Part shown: one piece after another, positions 47,980-57,359 of the stretch | How positions within the stretch are numbered: the stretch's first letter is position 1 | Layout: every line of letters starts with the position of its first letter | Source of the DNA: Xanthobacteraceae bacterium | GTDB lineage: Bacteria; Pseudomonadota; Alphaproteobacteria; Rhizobiales; Xanthobacteraceae | Reading direction: 5' to 3' | Assembly (NCBI GenBank): GCA_035556215.1 | Contig: DATMFI010000007.1 | Span: forward strand, 139,102 to 203,101 | Length of the DNA stretch: 64,000 nucleotides | Translations under genes and position numbers: made by a program | The notes under the pieces: generated by a model | Seen by the model: the letters and a program-made list of their open reading frames with translations, nothing else | Database searches by the model: none | What the model was told of the DNA's origin: nothing

Positions 47980-48831
47980 ATGAATATTCTCTCTATCCAG
48001 TCGCATGTCGCCTATGGTCATGTCGGCAATGACGCGGCGGTTTTTCCGCTACAGCGGCTCGGCGTCGAGGTCTGGCCGATTCATACCGTGCAGTTCTCGA
48101 ACCACACCGGCTACGGCAAGTGGCGCGGCGAAGTTTTCGGCGCGGAGCAGATCGGCGAGGTGATGCAGGGCATCGAGGAGCGCGGCGTGCTGCCGTCGTG
48201 CGATGGGGTGCTCTCCGGCTATATGGGCTCGGCCGATATCGGTGCCGCCATTCTCGATGCGGCCGATCGCGTCAAGGCGGCGAATGCGAGAGCGATCTAT
48301 TGCTGCGATCCGGTGATGGGCGATGTCGGGCGCGGTATCTTCGTGCGTCCCGGCATCCCCGAATTCATCCGTGAGCGCGCGCTGCCCGCGGCCGACATCG
48401 TGACGCCCAACCAGTTCGAGCTTGATCTTCTGTCGGGCCTGACGAGCAAATCCATGCAAGAAGCGGTGCGCGCCTGCGGCGCGCTGCATGCCATGGGGAC
48501 GAAGCGGGTGCTGGTCACAAGTCTCCATGCCGAGGATACGCCGAAAGATCAGGTCGATCTTCTGGCATCGGGGCCGGACGGGCGCTTTCGCGTCAGGACG
48601 CCGCTTCTCGACATTTCCGTCAACGGTGCCGGGGACGCGATCGCTGCGCTGTTCCTGTTTCATGTGCTGAAAACCGGCGCGACGGCGGACGCGCTGTCGC
48701 GCGCCGCATCTTCGGTTTTTGGCATGTTGAAACGCACGAAAGAGGCCGGCTCGCGCGAGATATTACTGGTCGCGGCGCAGGACGAATTCGTCAGGCCGTC
48801 GCGGGTTTTCGCGGCGGAAGCCGTCTCTTAG
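47980..48831 (+). CDS. pdxY: pyridoxal kinase
   Basis: 283 aa. [16 protein letters not shown]...[12 protein letters not shown] closely matches PdxY. Confidence 0.9.
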   Translation: MNILSIQSHVAYGHVGNDAAVFPLQRLGVEVWPIHTVQFSNHTGYGKWRGEVFGAEQIGEVMQGIEERGVLPSCDGVLSGYMGSADIGAAILDAADRVKAANARAIYCCDPVMGDVGRGIFVRPGIPEFIRERALPAADIVTPNQFELDLLSGLTSKSMQEAVRACGALHAMGTKRVLVTSLHAEDTPKDQVDLLASGPDGRFRVRTPLLDISVNGAGDAIAALFLFHVLKTGATADALSRAASSVFGMLKRTKEAGSREILLVAAQDEFVRPSRVFAAEAVS

Positions 48832-48848
48832 GCAGGCCTTGAACCTCG

Positions 48849-49193
48849 TCAGCGATAACCGTGCGCGGTCTTGATGCGGCTAAGCTGCATGACGGCATCG
48901 CCGTCGCGATTGGCGGCGCATGACTGGCGCGGCCCCGCATTAATGTCGGCGATGAGCTTGTCGTAGACGCTCTGGCTCAGATAGCCGGTCGAGACATCGT
49001 GGTCGATGATCTTCTCGTATGCGTTGATCGCATTGGCGCAACGCGCCGGGCCCGTGGCGGGCCCGTGCTGCGCGACTTTGCCGACACCATCGGGGACTTC
49101 AGGTTGAACCGGGGCCTGCTGATGGCCGCCGCCGGCGCAGCCACCCAGCAGAATCGTCAGTGATGCGATGGCGGCGATGGTTCTCGATTGCAT
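48849..49193 (-). CDS. lipoprotein, unknown function
   Basis: Internal ATG at 49193. Lipobox LLGGC. 114 aa. Confidence 0.55.
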   Translation of the reverse strand: MQSRTIAAIASLTILLGGCAGGGHQQAPVQPEVPDGVGKVAQHGPATGPARCANAINAYEKIIDHDVSTGYLSQSVYDKLIADINAGPRQSCAANRDGDAVMQLSRIKTAHGYR

Positions 49194-49286
49194 GATGGTA
49201 TTCCCCCACTGACTTTTACGGTTCGGACAAGTGCTAGGCTTCAAGCGTCAGGATTGGATTGTAATTGCAAAACAAGGGTTACTCCA

Positions 49287-50099
49287 ATGCGGCTTTGGCT
49301 GGCTATATTGATTTTCGCATGCGGCGGTTTTTCCGCTTTCGCGCAGAACGAGAAGGCGGTCGAAATCCAGTCGCGCGGGCAGAAATTCCGCGCACTCCTG
49401 ATTCAGCCCGCAAATCCGATTGGCAGCGTCATTCTGATGGCCGGCGGCCACGGCAAGCTCGATATTTCCGCGAGCGGGCATATCGGGTGGGGCGCCAAGA
49501 ACCAGCTCGTGCGCACGCGCGCGGCCTATGCCAAGGCGGGCTATGCGGTGCTCGTCCCGGATATCGCGCCGGATATGAAGACGCCGTCGGGCGTCATGCA
49601 GGGCTATCGGGCATCCGATGCTTTCGCGCAGGATCTTGCCGCCGCCGTGCAGTACATGCGCAAGATCAAGAACCCGGTGGTGATGGCCGGCACCAGCCGC
49701 GGCTCGCTGTCGGTCGCGAACGAACTCTTCCACATCAAAGACAAAGCGGCGCGCCCGGATGCGGCGGTGCTGACTTCGGCGTTCCTCGCGCCGCCGCCGC
49801 CCAAAGGTTTTACTGTGCGAAAGCTCGTTCATGACAAGGCGGATGCCTTCGCGTTGCCGACGCTCGTCGTCCACCACCGCAAGGATGGCTGCGAGCATAC
49901 AAAACCTTCGGACGTCGAGCCGTTCAAGGCGTGGTACGAGAAAAATGGCAGGAAGCTTGACGTAATCTGGATGGAGGGCGGCCTGCCGCCGAAAAGCGAC
50001 GCCTGTAACGCGCTCTCGCCGCACGGTTTTTACGGGCTCGACAACGAGGTCACCGGCAAGATCACCGGCTGGATCAAGGCCCAGTCGCTGCCGCAATAA
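49287..50099 (+). CDS. exported alpha/beta-hydrolase-like protein
   Basis: Internal ATG at 49287. Signal peptide MRLWLAILIFACGGFSAFA. GTSRGS nucleophile-elbow-like motif. Confidence 0.5.
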   Translation: MRLWLAILIFACGGFSAFAQNEKAVEIQSRGQKFRALLIQPANPIGSVILMAGGHGKLDISASGHIGWGAKNQLVRTRAAYAKAGYAVLVPDIAPDMKTPSGVMQGYRASDAFAQDLAAAVQYMRKIKNPVVMAGTSRGSLSVANELFHIKDKAARPDAAVLTSAFLAPPPPKGFTVRKLVHDKADAFALPTLVVHHRKDGCEHTKPSDVEPFKAWYEKNGRKLDVIWMEGGLPPKSDACNALSPHGFYGLDNEVTGKITGWIKAQSLPQ

Positions 50100-50218
50100 G
50101 CCTGCCGTTATACTTGTCCCGGCCACGGGATCGGTTTACAAGGCTGCCCGCTGCCGCCTTTATCTCTCATTAAAGTTTTGGGCGAACACTGGCGGCCGAT
50201 TCGAGAGCCGACGCAGAC

Positions 50219-50320
50219 ATGACGCACGTTTCGTACATTCGTTCTGCCAACCCGGTCGCCCGCGCGACTTCGGGCCGCGCTCTCGTTCTCGCCGGGCTTC
50301 TTCTCCTTCGCCGCCCCTGA
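50219..50320 (+). promoter_or_regulatory. candidate leucine leader peptide (MTHVSYIRSANPVARATSGRALVLAGLLLLRRP) ahead of leuA
   Basis: 33-aa ORF with 6 Leu in its last 12 codons. Mutually exclusive pairings are possible: CCCCTGAG (50314-50321) with CTCAGGGG (50348-50355), or CAGGGG (50350-50355) with CCCCTG (50370-50375). Confidence 0.45.
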
Positions 50321-50415
50321 GGCCGGCTGGGCGCTTGCGCCTTGGCACTCAGGGGATCGATCGGATGAACCCCTGAAATGCCTCAAGGAGAGGCGCGAGG
50401 AGAAGGAATAGAGAC

Positions 50416-51978
50416 ATGACCAGACAGACACCCGGCAGCGATAAAGATCGTGTGCTGATTTTCGACACGACGCTGCGCGACGGCGAGCAGTGCCCCGGCG
50501 CCTCGATGAATTTCGAGGAGAAGCTGCAGGTGGCCGAACTGCTCGACGACATGGGCGTCGACATCATTGAGGCGGGCTTCCCGATCGCTTCGCAAGGCGA
50601 TTTCGAATCCGTCGCCGAGATTGCGAAGCGCGCCAAGAACGCGGTCATCGCCGGGCTCGCGCGCGCGGCGTTCAAGGATATCGATCGCTGCGCCGAGGCT
50701 GTGAAGCACGCCAGACGCCCGCGCATCCATACGTTCCTGTCCACGTCGCCCGTGCACATGAAGTACAAGCTCCAGAAGGAGCCGCATGAAGTGCTCGAGA
50801 TGGTGGTGGCGCAGGTCACGCGCGCGCGCAATCATGTCGAGGACGTCGAATGGTCGGCGGAAGACGCGACGCGCACCGAGCACGATTTCCTGTGCCGCTG
50901 CGTCGAAGCCGCGATCAAGGCCGGCGCCACGACGATCAACATTCCCGATACCGTCGGCTACACGACGCCGCAGGAATACGCGGCGCTGTTTCGGATGCTG
51001 CGCGAGCGGGTGCCGAATGCCGATAAGGCGCGCTTCTCGACGCATTGCCATAACGACCTCGGCATGGCGGTGGCGAATTCGCTGCACGGCGTCGAAGGCG
51101 GTGCGCGCCAGATCGAATGCACCATCAACGGTATCGGCGAGCGGGCGGGTAACGCCGCGCTCGAAGAGGTCGTGATGGCGATGCGGGTGCGTAACGACGC
51201 CTTTCCGTTCTGGAGCACGGTCGACGCGGAAATGTTGACGCGCGCCTCGAAACTCGTCTCGGCGGTGACTTCGTTTCCGGTGCAATACAACAAGGCGATC
51301 GTCGGCCGGAATGCGTTCGCGCACGAGTCCGGCATCCATCAAGACGGCATGCTGAAGCATACCGAGACCTACGAGATCATGAAGCCCGAAGACGTCGGCG
51401 TGAAGCAGACGTCGCTCGTCATGGGCAAGCACTCGGGCCGTCACGCCTTCCGCGAAAAGCTGAAAGAGCTGGGTTACGAGCTGGGCGACAATGCGCTGAA
51501 CGATGCGTTCAATCGCTTCAAGGATCTCGCCGACAAGAAGAAGCACGTTTACGACGAGGACATCGTCGCGCTGGTCGATGATCAGATCGCCAAGGCCAAC
51601 GATCGCATCAAGATCGTCTCGCTGCAGATCGTCGCCGGCACGATGGGGCCGCAGTCGGCGACGCTCGTGCTCGACATCGACGGCAAGCAGCACACGACGA
51701 CGGCGACCGGCAACGGCCCGGTCGATGCGACGTTCAACTCGATCCGGCAACTGGTGCCGCACCAGGCAAAGCTGCAGCTCTACCAGGTGCACGCGGTGAC
51801 CGAAGGCACCGACGCGCAGGCCGAGGTTTCGGTGCGGCTGGAGGAAGACGGAAAGACCGTCACCGCCCGCGGCACGCATCCCGATACCATGGTGGCCTCG
51901 GCGCAAGCCTATATTTCGGCACTCAATAAGCTGATGCACAAGCGCCAGACGGTGAATCCGCAGACCGCTTACGGCTAA
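50416..51978 (+). CDS. leuA: 2-isopropylmalate synthase
   Basis: 520 aa. IFDTTLRDGEQ, HCHNDLGMAVANS and a C-terminal LeuA dimerisation/regulatory domain. Confidence 0.97.
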   Translation: MTRQTPGSDKDRVLIFDTTLRDGEQCPGASMNFEEKLQVAELLDDMGVDIIEAGFPIASQGDFESVAEIAKRAKNAVIAGLARAAFKDIDRCAEAVKHARRPRIHTFLSTSPVHMKYKLQKEPHEVLEMVVAQVTRARNHVEDVEWSAEDATRTEHDFLCRCVEAAIKAGATTINIPDTVGYTTPQEYAALFRMLRERVPNADKARFSTHCHNDLGMAVANSLHGVEGGARQIECTINGIGERAGNAALEEVVMAMRVRNDAFPFWSTVDAEMLTRASKLVSAVTSFPVQYNKAIVGRNAFAHESGIHQDGMLKHTETYEIMKPEDVGVKQTSLVMGKHSGRHAFREKLKELGYELGDNALNDAFNRFKDLADKKKHVYDEDIVALVDDQIAKANDRIKIVSLQIVAGTMGPQSATLVLDIDGKQHTTTATGNGPVDATFNSIRQLVPHQAKLQLYQVHAVTEGTDAQAEVSVRLEEDGKTVTARGTHPDTMVASAQAYISALNKLMHKRQTVNPQTAYG

Positions 51979-51997
51979 GGTTGTTTTAATGGCGATG

Positions 51998-52029
51998 ATC
52001 GGGGGCCCTTGCGGCCCCCGATGAGTTTT
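51998..52029 (+). terminator. rho-independent terminator after leuA
   Basis: ATCGGGGGCC-cttgc-GGCCCCCGAT followed by gagtttt. Confidence 0.75.
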
Positions 52030-52079
52030 AGGATCATTGCTGCGTCAATTGCTTGCATTTGCACCGACAGGGGGCTGTG

Positions 52080-52757
52080 GTGACAAAACGCGATCTCAAG
52101 CGGCTTGGCTTTATCGGCGTGCTGTTCGCAGCCGTTGCCTTCACCATGCCTGCCTCGGCGCAGATTTTTTCAAAGCGCGCGAAGGCAGCCGAAGGCTGCA
52201 CCCGCGAATACAAGCCGGTCTGCACGCGCACGCGCGAAGGCGTGCTCACGACTTTTGCCAACGAGTGTCTGGCGAAATCGGCGGGCGCTGCCATCCTTCT
52301 CAAGGGCCGCTGCGACGACGATCTGAAATGTCCCCCGATCGAGCTTCCGGTTTGCGCACGCAAGGAAGGCAAGAATCAAACCTTCAGCAATTCATGCGTC
52401 GCGGAGAAGGCGGGCGCTGTCGTGCTGACACGCTCGAAGTGCCCCGATCAGTGCAAGCCGGAGGGCGGCGCGGTCTGTGCGATCAACGACAAGGGAACGC
52501 GCGACAATTACGCCAACGCCTGCGATGCGACGATGAAGGGCGCGCGCGTTCTGCATAACGGCAAGTGTCTTGCGGCATCGAACTGTAACCGGCGCGGCTT
52601 CCGTGTTTGCGCGACCGCGCCGAACGGAGTCGAGACGCAGTATGCGAGCCTGTGCGAAGCGGAAATCGCCAATGCCTCGTGGATCCATAACGGCAAATGC
52701 AAGCCGGGCATCTTCCGGCGCATGTTGCAGCGTTACGGCCTGGTAAAGCCGCGTTAG
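52080..52757 (+). CDS. secreted protein with four Kazal-like Cys repeats
   Basis: Four ~40-aa units each of the form C..(P/A/R)VC....(F/Y).(N/S).C.A.......G(R/K)C. Signal peptide ...MPASA. Start is GTG at 52080 after AGGGGG (the track ATG at 52053 is also possible). Confidence 0.65.
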   Translation: MTKRDLKRLGFIGVLFAAVAFTMPASAQIFSKRAKAAEGCTREYKPVCTRTREGVLTTFANECLAKSAGAAILLKGRCDDDLKCPPIELPVCARKEGKNQTFSNSCVAEKAGAVVLTRSKCPDQCKPEGGAVCAINDKGTRDNYANACDATMKGARVLHNGKCLAASNCNRRGFRVCATAPNGVETQYASLCEAEIANASWIHNGKCKPGIFRRMLQRYGLVKPR

Positions 52758-53259
52758 ACGGTCGAGTTTCCGCAAGCCGGAAAAATCGCACGTTGAATTT
52801 TGGCTGTTGAAAAAATCAAAAGCGAAAACGGCGTAATTGCTGATGTACGTTGCGCGAACGGCTTTGGGGCGCATGAATTTCATTCCAAGGTACTATAAAT
52901 TTTATGCCGCACTGCACCGATGGCGCAGCTTCGAGCTTGACGGCTGGCCGGATGAGTGGTGGCTATAGCCTCGCAATAAAGAGGGATGGCTTTGCCGTTG
53001 TCCGAGCGCTCCTCCAGAAGAGTGTCGGCGCCCGCACACAAAGTTAATGAAGGCAATGAAAGAGGCGGCCGGTTACGCGGACAGAATTTCGCGTAAAGAA
53101 AGGGCGTCCGCGAAGATGTGAGAGAAGCCCTTTAAGGACCGGGGTCTGTGAGTGTGGGGCGGGGTGAGGCGTCTTGACGCGGTACGTTGTGAATGCTCGG
53201 TTAGACAACCGGCGGCGCTGATTATAAGGCATGCCGCAAAACGAAACGAGGGACATTAA

Positions 53260-54231
53260 ATGCGTAAATGGCTTTTAGCTTCGGTGGTATTGCTCGCGGG
53301 CGGCTTTTCGGCCGCCTCGGCGCAAGATTACCCCACCCGCAATATTACAATGATGATTCCATTCGCTGCAGGCGGCCCGACCGACACGGTCGGCCGGTTG
53401 GTTGCGGAGTCGATGGCAAAGACGCTCGGCAAGACGATCGTCGTCGAAAACCTCGCGGGTGCCGGCGGCACGCGCGCCTCGGGCCAACTCGCCAAGGCGG
53501 AGCCTGATGGCTACACCATTCTCCTGCACCATATCGGCATGTCGACGGCGCCGACACTCTATCGCAAGCTTCCGTTCAATCCGTTGACCGACTTCGAAAC
53601 CGTCGGCCTCGTCACCGACGCGCCGATGTCGCTGATTTCGCGTCCGACTCTGGAAGCGAAGAATTTTACCGAGCTGCTCGCCTACATCAAGAAGCAGCGC
53701 GACAAGATTTCGCTCGGCAACGCTGGCGTCGGCGCGGCTTCGCATCTTTGCGGCATGCTGCTGATGTCGGCGATGGATGTGCCGATGACCACCATTCCGT
53801 ATAACGGCACCGGCCCGGCGATGACCGATCTTCTCGGCGGCCAGATCGATCTGATGTGCGACCAGACCACCAACACCACGAGCCACATCAAGAGCGGCAA
53901 GGTGAAGGTGTTTGGCGTGACGACCAAGACGCGCGTCAAGAACATGCCAGACGTTCCGACCCTCGACGAAGCCGGTCTCAAGGGCTTTGAAGTCGCGGTC
54001 TGGCACGGCATCTATGCGCCGAAGGGCACGCCGAAGGAGATCATCGCCAAGCTGTCGAAGGCATTGCAGGCGGCGCTGCGCGACGAGAAGGTGATCGCGC
54101 GTTTTGCCGATCTCGGCACCGAGCCGGTATCGCAAGCGGAAGCGACGCCGGAAGCGCACAAGAAGAAACTCGCGGCGGAAATCGAGCGTTGGCGTCCGCT
54201 GATTCAGAAAGCCGGCGTTTACGCCGACTAA
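53260..54231 (+). CDS. tctC: tripartite tricarboxylate transporter substrate-binding protein (Bug/TctC family)
   Basis: 323 aa. Signal peptide, YPTRNITMMIPFAAGGPTD and VENLAGAGG motifs. Confidence 0.88.
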   Translation: MRKWLLASVVLLAGGFSAASAQDYPTRNITMMIPFAAGGPTDTVGRLVAESMAKTLGKTIVVENLAGAGGTRASGQLAKAEPDGYTILLHHIGMSTAPTLYRKLPFNPLTDFETVGLVTDAPMSLISRPTLEAKNFTELLAYIKKQRDKISLGNAGVGAASHLCGMLLMSAMDVPMTTIPYNGTGPAMTDLLGGQIDLMCDQTTNTTSHIKSGKVKVFGVTTKTRVKNMPDVPTLDEAGLKGFEVAVWHGIYAPKGTPKEIIAKLSKALQAALRDEKVIARFADLGTEPVSQAEATPEAHKKKLAAEIERWRPLIQKAGVYAD

Positions 54232-54300
54232 CGCAAGTCGAAACATCTCGGCCGGCGGCTCAGCCGCCGGCCGACGCTTAATGTAAGTGGAGGGGGGCGA

Positions 54301-54765
54301 GTGCCGAGTTTTATCAAGAACCCGAAGGATTTCCTTGCGGGCCTGCTGTTCATCTTCATTTCCGCACTTTTTGCCTACGGCACGATGGAGTTGCCGATCG
54401 GCACGGCGTTCCGGATGGGGCCGGGTTATTTCCCGATGGTGCTTTGCATCATGCTCGCGGCGCTGGGGCTGGTTGTGATGTTCAACGGCTTCGTTCTGGA
54501 CGGAGAGAAGATCGCGCAATTTACCTGGCGCGGCCTGTTCAACATCGTTCTGCCGGTGGTGTTTTTCGGCGTGACGCTGCGCGGCCTCGGCTTTGTTCTT
54601 TCGCTCGGCATCACAGTGTTCTTCGTCAGCATCGCCAGCGTGCACTTCAAGTTGCGCACGGCGCTGTTGAGCGTCGTTGTGCTGGTGTTCGCGGGATGGG
54701 CGATCTTCATCTGGGGGCTGGGCCTGCCGATTCAGGTCTGGGGTCCGTGGGTCGGCGGTTACTAA
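54301..54765 (+). CDS. tctB: tripartite tricarboxylate transporter TctB family small membrane protein
   Basis: 154 aa, 4 TM, positioned between tctC and tctA. Confidence 0.8.
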   Translation: MPSFIKNPKDFLAGLLFIFISALFAYGTMELPIGTAFRMGPGYFPMVLCIMLAALGLVVMFNGFVLDGEKIAQFTWRGLFNIVLPVVFFGVTLRGLGFVLSLGITVFFVSIASVHFKLRTALLSVVVLVFAGWAIFIWGLGLPIQVWGPWVGGY

Positions 54766-54785
54766 GCGCGTAACGGGGGCTTAAA

Positions 54786-56291
54786 GTGGAATTCGACGTC
54801 TTTTCCAATCTCGCGATGGGTTTCGGGCAGGCCTTCACGCTCGGCAACCTGTTCTACTGTTTCCTCGGCGTGCTGCTCGGCACGCTGGTCGGCGTGCTGC
54901 CGGGCCTCGGGCCGACCGCGACGATCGCGATGCTGCTGCCGATCACCTTCCAGCTGCCGCCGGCCTCGGCGCTCATCATGCTGGCCGGCATCTATTACGG
55001 CGCGCAATACGGCGGCTCGACGACGGCCATTCTGATCAATCTGCCGGGCGAGTCATCGTCGGTCGTTACCGCGATCGACGGCTACAAACTCGCGCGGCAG
55101 GGCAAGGCGGGGCTTGCGCTGTTCACGGCGGCGGTGGGCTCGTTCTTCGCCGGCACGGTCGCGACCTTCCTGATCGCGGGTTTCGCGCCGCCGCTCGCGG
55201 CCGTCGCGCTGTCGTTCGGCCCGGCCGAATACTTCTCGCTGATGGTGCTCGGCCTTGCCGCGTCGGTAGCGCTCGCACACGGCTCGCTCATCAAGGCGGT
55301 GGGAATGGTGGTTCTGGGGCTTCTGCTCGGCACCGTCGGCCAGGATCTTTACACCGGCACGCCGCGCTTCAGCTTCGGCATGACGGAGCTTGCCGACGGC
55401 GTCGAATTCGTCGCACTCGTTATGGGCCTGTTCGGCATCGGCGAGATCATCCGCAACCTTGAGGACGAATCCGAGCGCTCGGTGTTCGCGCAGAAGGTGA
55501 TGGGTTTGCTCCCGAGCTGGAGCGACTTCAAGCCGACGATCAAGCCCATCCTTCGCGGTTCAGCGCTCGGCACGGTGCTGGGCATCCTGCCGGGCGGCGG
55601 CGCCATGCTGTCGTCGTTCGCGGCCTATTCGCTCGAGAAACGCATCGCCAAGGACCAGAGCCGGTTCGGCAAGGGCGCGATCGAGGGCGTCGCTGCGCCG
55701 GAGGCGGCGAACAACGCCGGCGCGCAGACGTCCTTCATCCCGATGTTGACGCTCGGCATCCCGTCGAACCCGGTCATGGCGCTGATGATCGGCGCGATGA
55801 TCATTCAGGGCATTCAGCCCGGCCCGAACGTCGTCACGGAGAAGCCGGAGCTGTTCTGGGGCCTGATCGCCTCGATGTGGGTCGGCAACGTGATGCTTCT
55901 GGTTCTCAACCTGCCGATGATCGGCATGTGGGTGAAGTTCCTCACCGTGCCGTATCACGTGCTGTTCCCGGGCATCATCGCGGTGTGCTGCATCGGCGTC
56001 TACAGCGTCAGCAACAATCCGTTCGACGTCTATACGATGGCGTTCTTCGGCGTCGTCGGCTACGTACTGGTGAAGCTCGATTGCGAACCGGCGCCGCTGA
56101 TCCTCGGCTTCGTCATCGGCAAGATGCTGGAAGAATATCTCAGACGCGCGATGCTGCTCTCGCGCGGCGATCCGCTGGTCTTCTTCCAGCGCCCGATCAG
56201 CGCAGTGCTGCTGATTATGTCGATCGCCGCCCTCGTCCTCGTGCTGATCCCGTCGATCAGCAAGAAACGCGAAGAAGCGTTCAAGGAATAA
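54786..56291 (+). CDS. tctA: tripartite tricarboxylate transporter permease TctA
   Basis: 501 aa polytopic membrane protein. GVLPGLGPTATIAMLLP and GILPGGGA repeats. Confidence 0.9.
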   Translation: MEFDVFSNLAMGFGQAFTLGNLFYCFLGVLLGTLVGVLPGLGPTATIAMLLPITFQLPPASALIMLAGIYYGAQYGGSTTAILINLPGESSSVVTAIDGYKLARQGKAGLALFTAAVGSFFAGTVATFLIAGFAPPLAAVALSFGPAEYFSLMVLGLAASVALAHGSLIKAVGMVVLGLLLGTVGQDLYTGTPRFSFGMTELADGVEFVALVMGLFGIGEIIRNLEDESERSVFAQKVMGLLPSWSDFKPTIKPILRGSALGTVLGILPGGGAMLSSFAAYSLEKRIAKDQSRFGKGAIEGVAAPEAANNAGAQTSFIPMLTLGIPSNPVMALMIGAMIIQGIQPGPNVVTEKPELFWGLIASMWVGNVMLLVLNLPMIGMWVKFLTVPYHVLFPGIIAVCCIGVYSVSNNPFDVYTMAFFGVVGYVLVKLDCEPAPLILGFVIGKMLEEYLRRAMLLSRGDPLVFFQRPISAVLLIMSIAALVLVLIPSISKKREEAFKE

Positions 56292-56315
56292 CAACTCTTC
56301 AAGAACAAAAACAAT

Positions 56316-56338
56316 GGGGGCCGCCAAAAGCGGCCCCC
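56316..56338. terminator. hairpin terminator between convergent tctA and sod
   Basis: GGGGGCCG-ccaaaag-CGGCCCCC. There is a T-run on the minus-strand side (attgttttt). Confidence 0.75.
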
Positions 56339-56358
56339 AAGCTTTTCGGCCCGGCGGA

Positions 56359-57051
56359 TCAAGCCTTGAGACGGCCCGCCACCACATCCCAGTTCACGAT
56401 ATTGTCGAGCACCGCTTTCACGTGATCGGTGCGGCGGTTCTCGTAGTCGAGATAATAGGCGTGCTCCCAGACATCGATGCCGATCAGCGCCGTTTTGCCT
56501 GACGTCAGCGGGCCGTCGCCGCCGGCGGTGTTGAGGATCGCAAGCTTGTCGCCATCCTGCACGAGCCACGTCCAGCCCGAGCCGAAGACGGTGGCGGATG
56601 AAGCGACGATCTTCTTTTTCATTTCATCCGCTGAGCCGAACGAAGCGTTGATCATTTGGGCGAGTTTCCCGGAAGGCTCCTTCGCGCCGCCAGGCTTCAG
56701 CATTTCCCAATATTGTTCGTGGTTCCAGGCCTGACCTGCATTGTTGAAGATGCGGCGGTCGGTCTCCTTGTTCGCCGCGACGACGACTTGCTCCAGACTC
56801 ATGTTTACGTAAGGCGTCTCTTTCGCGAGCGCATTGAGGTTCGTGTAGTAGCCGGCGTGATGCTTGCCGTAATGCAGATTGACGGTACGCGCGCCGATCA
56901 CCGGCGCGAGTTGCGATTCCTGAAAGGGCAGCGGCGGCTGCCGGAACGGGCCTTGCGGAGCGGGGGCTTGCGTCTGGGCCATCGCGGGTCTTGCGAAGGC
57001 CGCTGCGGCGGTTGCCGTTAGGATGAAACTTCGGCGATTCATCTCGGACAT
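56359..57051 (-). CDS. Fe/Mn superoxide dismutase with twin-arginine signal peptide
   Basis: 230 aa. N-terminal MSEMNRRSFILTATAAAAFARPAMA, then an SOD core (LHYGKHH..., DVWEHAYYLDY). Confidence 0.9.
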   Translation of the reverse strand: MSEMNRRSFILTATAAAAFARPAMAQTQAPAPQGPFRQPPLPFQESQLAPVIGARTVNLHYGKHHAGYYTNLNALAKETPYVNMSLEQVVVAANKETDRRIFNNAGQAWNHEQYWEMLKPGGAKEPSGKLAQMINASFGSADEMKKKIVASSATVFGSGWTWLVQDGDKLAILNTAGGDGPLTSGKTALIGIDVWEHAYYLDYENRRTDHVKAVLDNIVNWDVVAGRLKA

Positions 57052-57283
57052 GCAGGGCTCCCTGTTTTGCGTGTTGACGATCGCGCGGCCGGTAGGCTCG
57101 CGCTTGCCGAAAAGCTTAGGGGCGGCCTGTCAAAGGACAAGGCCGGGGTGCCGGGCGGAAAACGCCGGATTTTGCGGTGAAACCCGGCGGATTCTGCTCG
57201 CGAAATGGCGGCTTTGACTGGACAGGCCAGAATGAGCCTGCTAGATCGTCGCGTCCTCACAGAAACCAATCCGTGCAGGCGAC

Positions 57284-57359
57284 GGGCGCATAGCTCAGTT
57301 GGTAGAGCAGCTGACTCTTAATCAGTAGGTCCTAGGTTCGAGCCCTAGTGCGCCCACCA
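57284..57359 (+). tRNA. tRNA-Lys (anticodon CUU), CCA encoded
   Basis: GGGCGCA/TGCGCCC acceptor stem, D-arm GCTC-AGTTGGTA-GAGC, anticodon loop CTCTTAA, T-arm CTAGG-TTCGAGC-CCTAG, then ACCA. Confidence 0.97.

Noticed and set aside
52905-53054. 49-aa ORF (MPHCTDGAASSLTAGRMSGGYSLAIKRDGFAVVRALLQ...) in the 500-nt gap between the Kazal-like gene and tctC
   Set aside because: It shows only a vague resemblance to N-termini of dioxygenase-type proteins, and has no SD. This is too weak to call a gene or a pseudogene.
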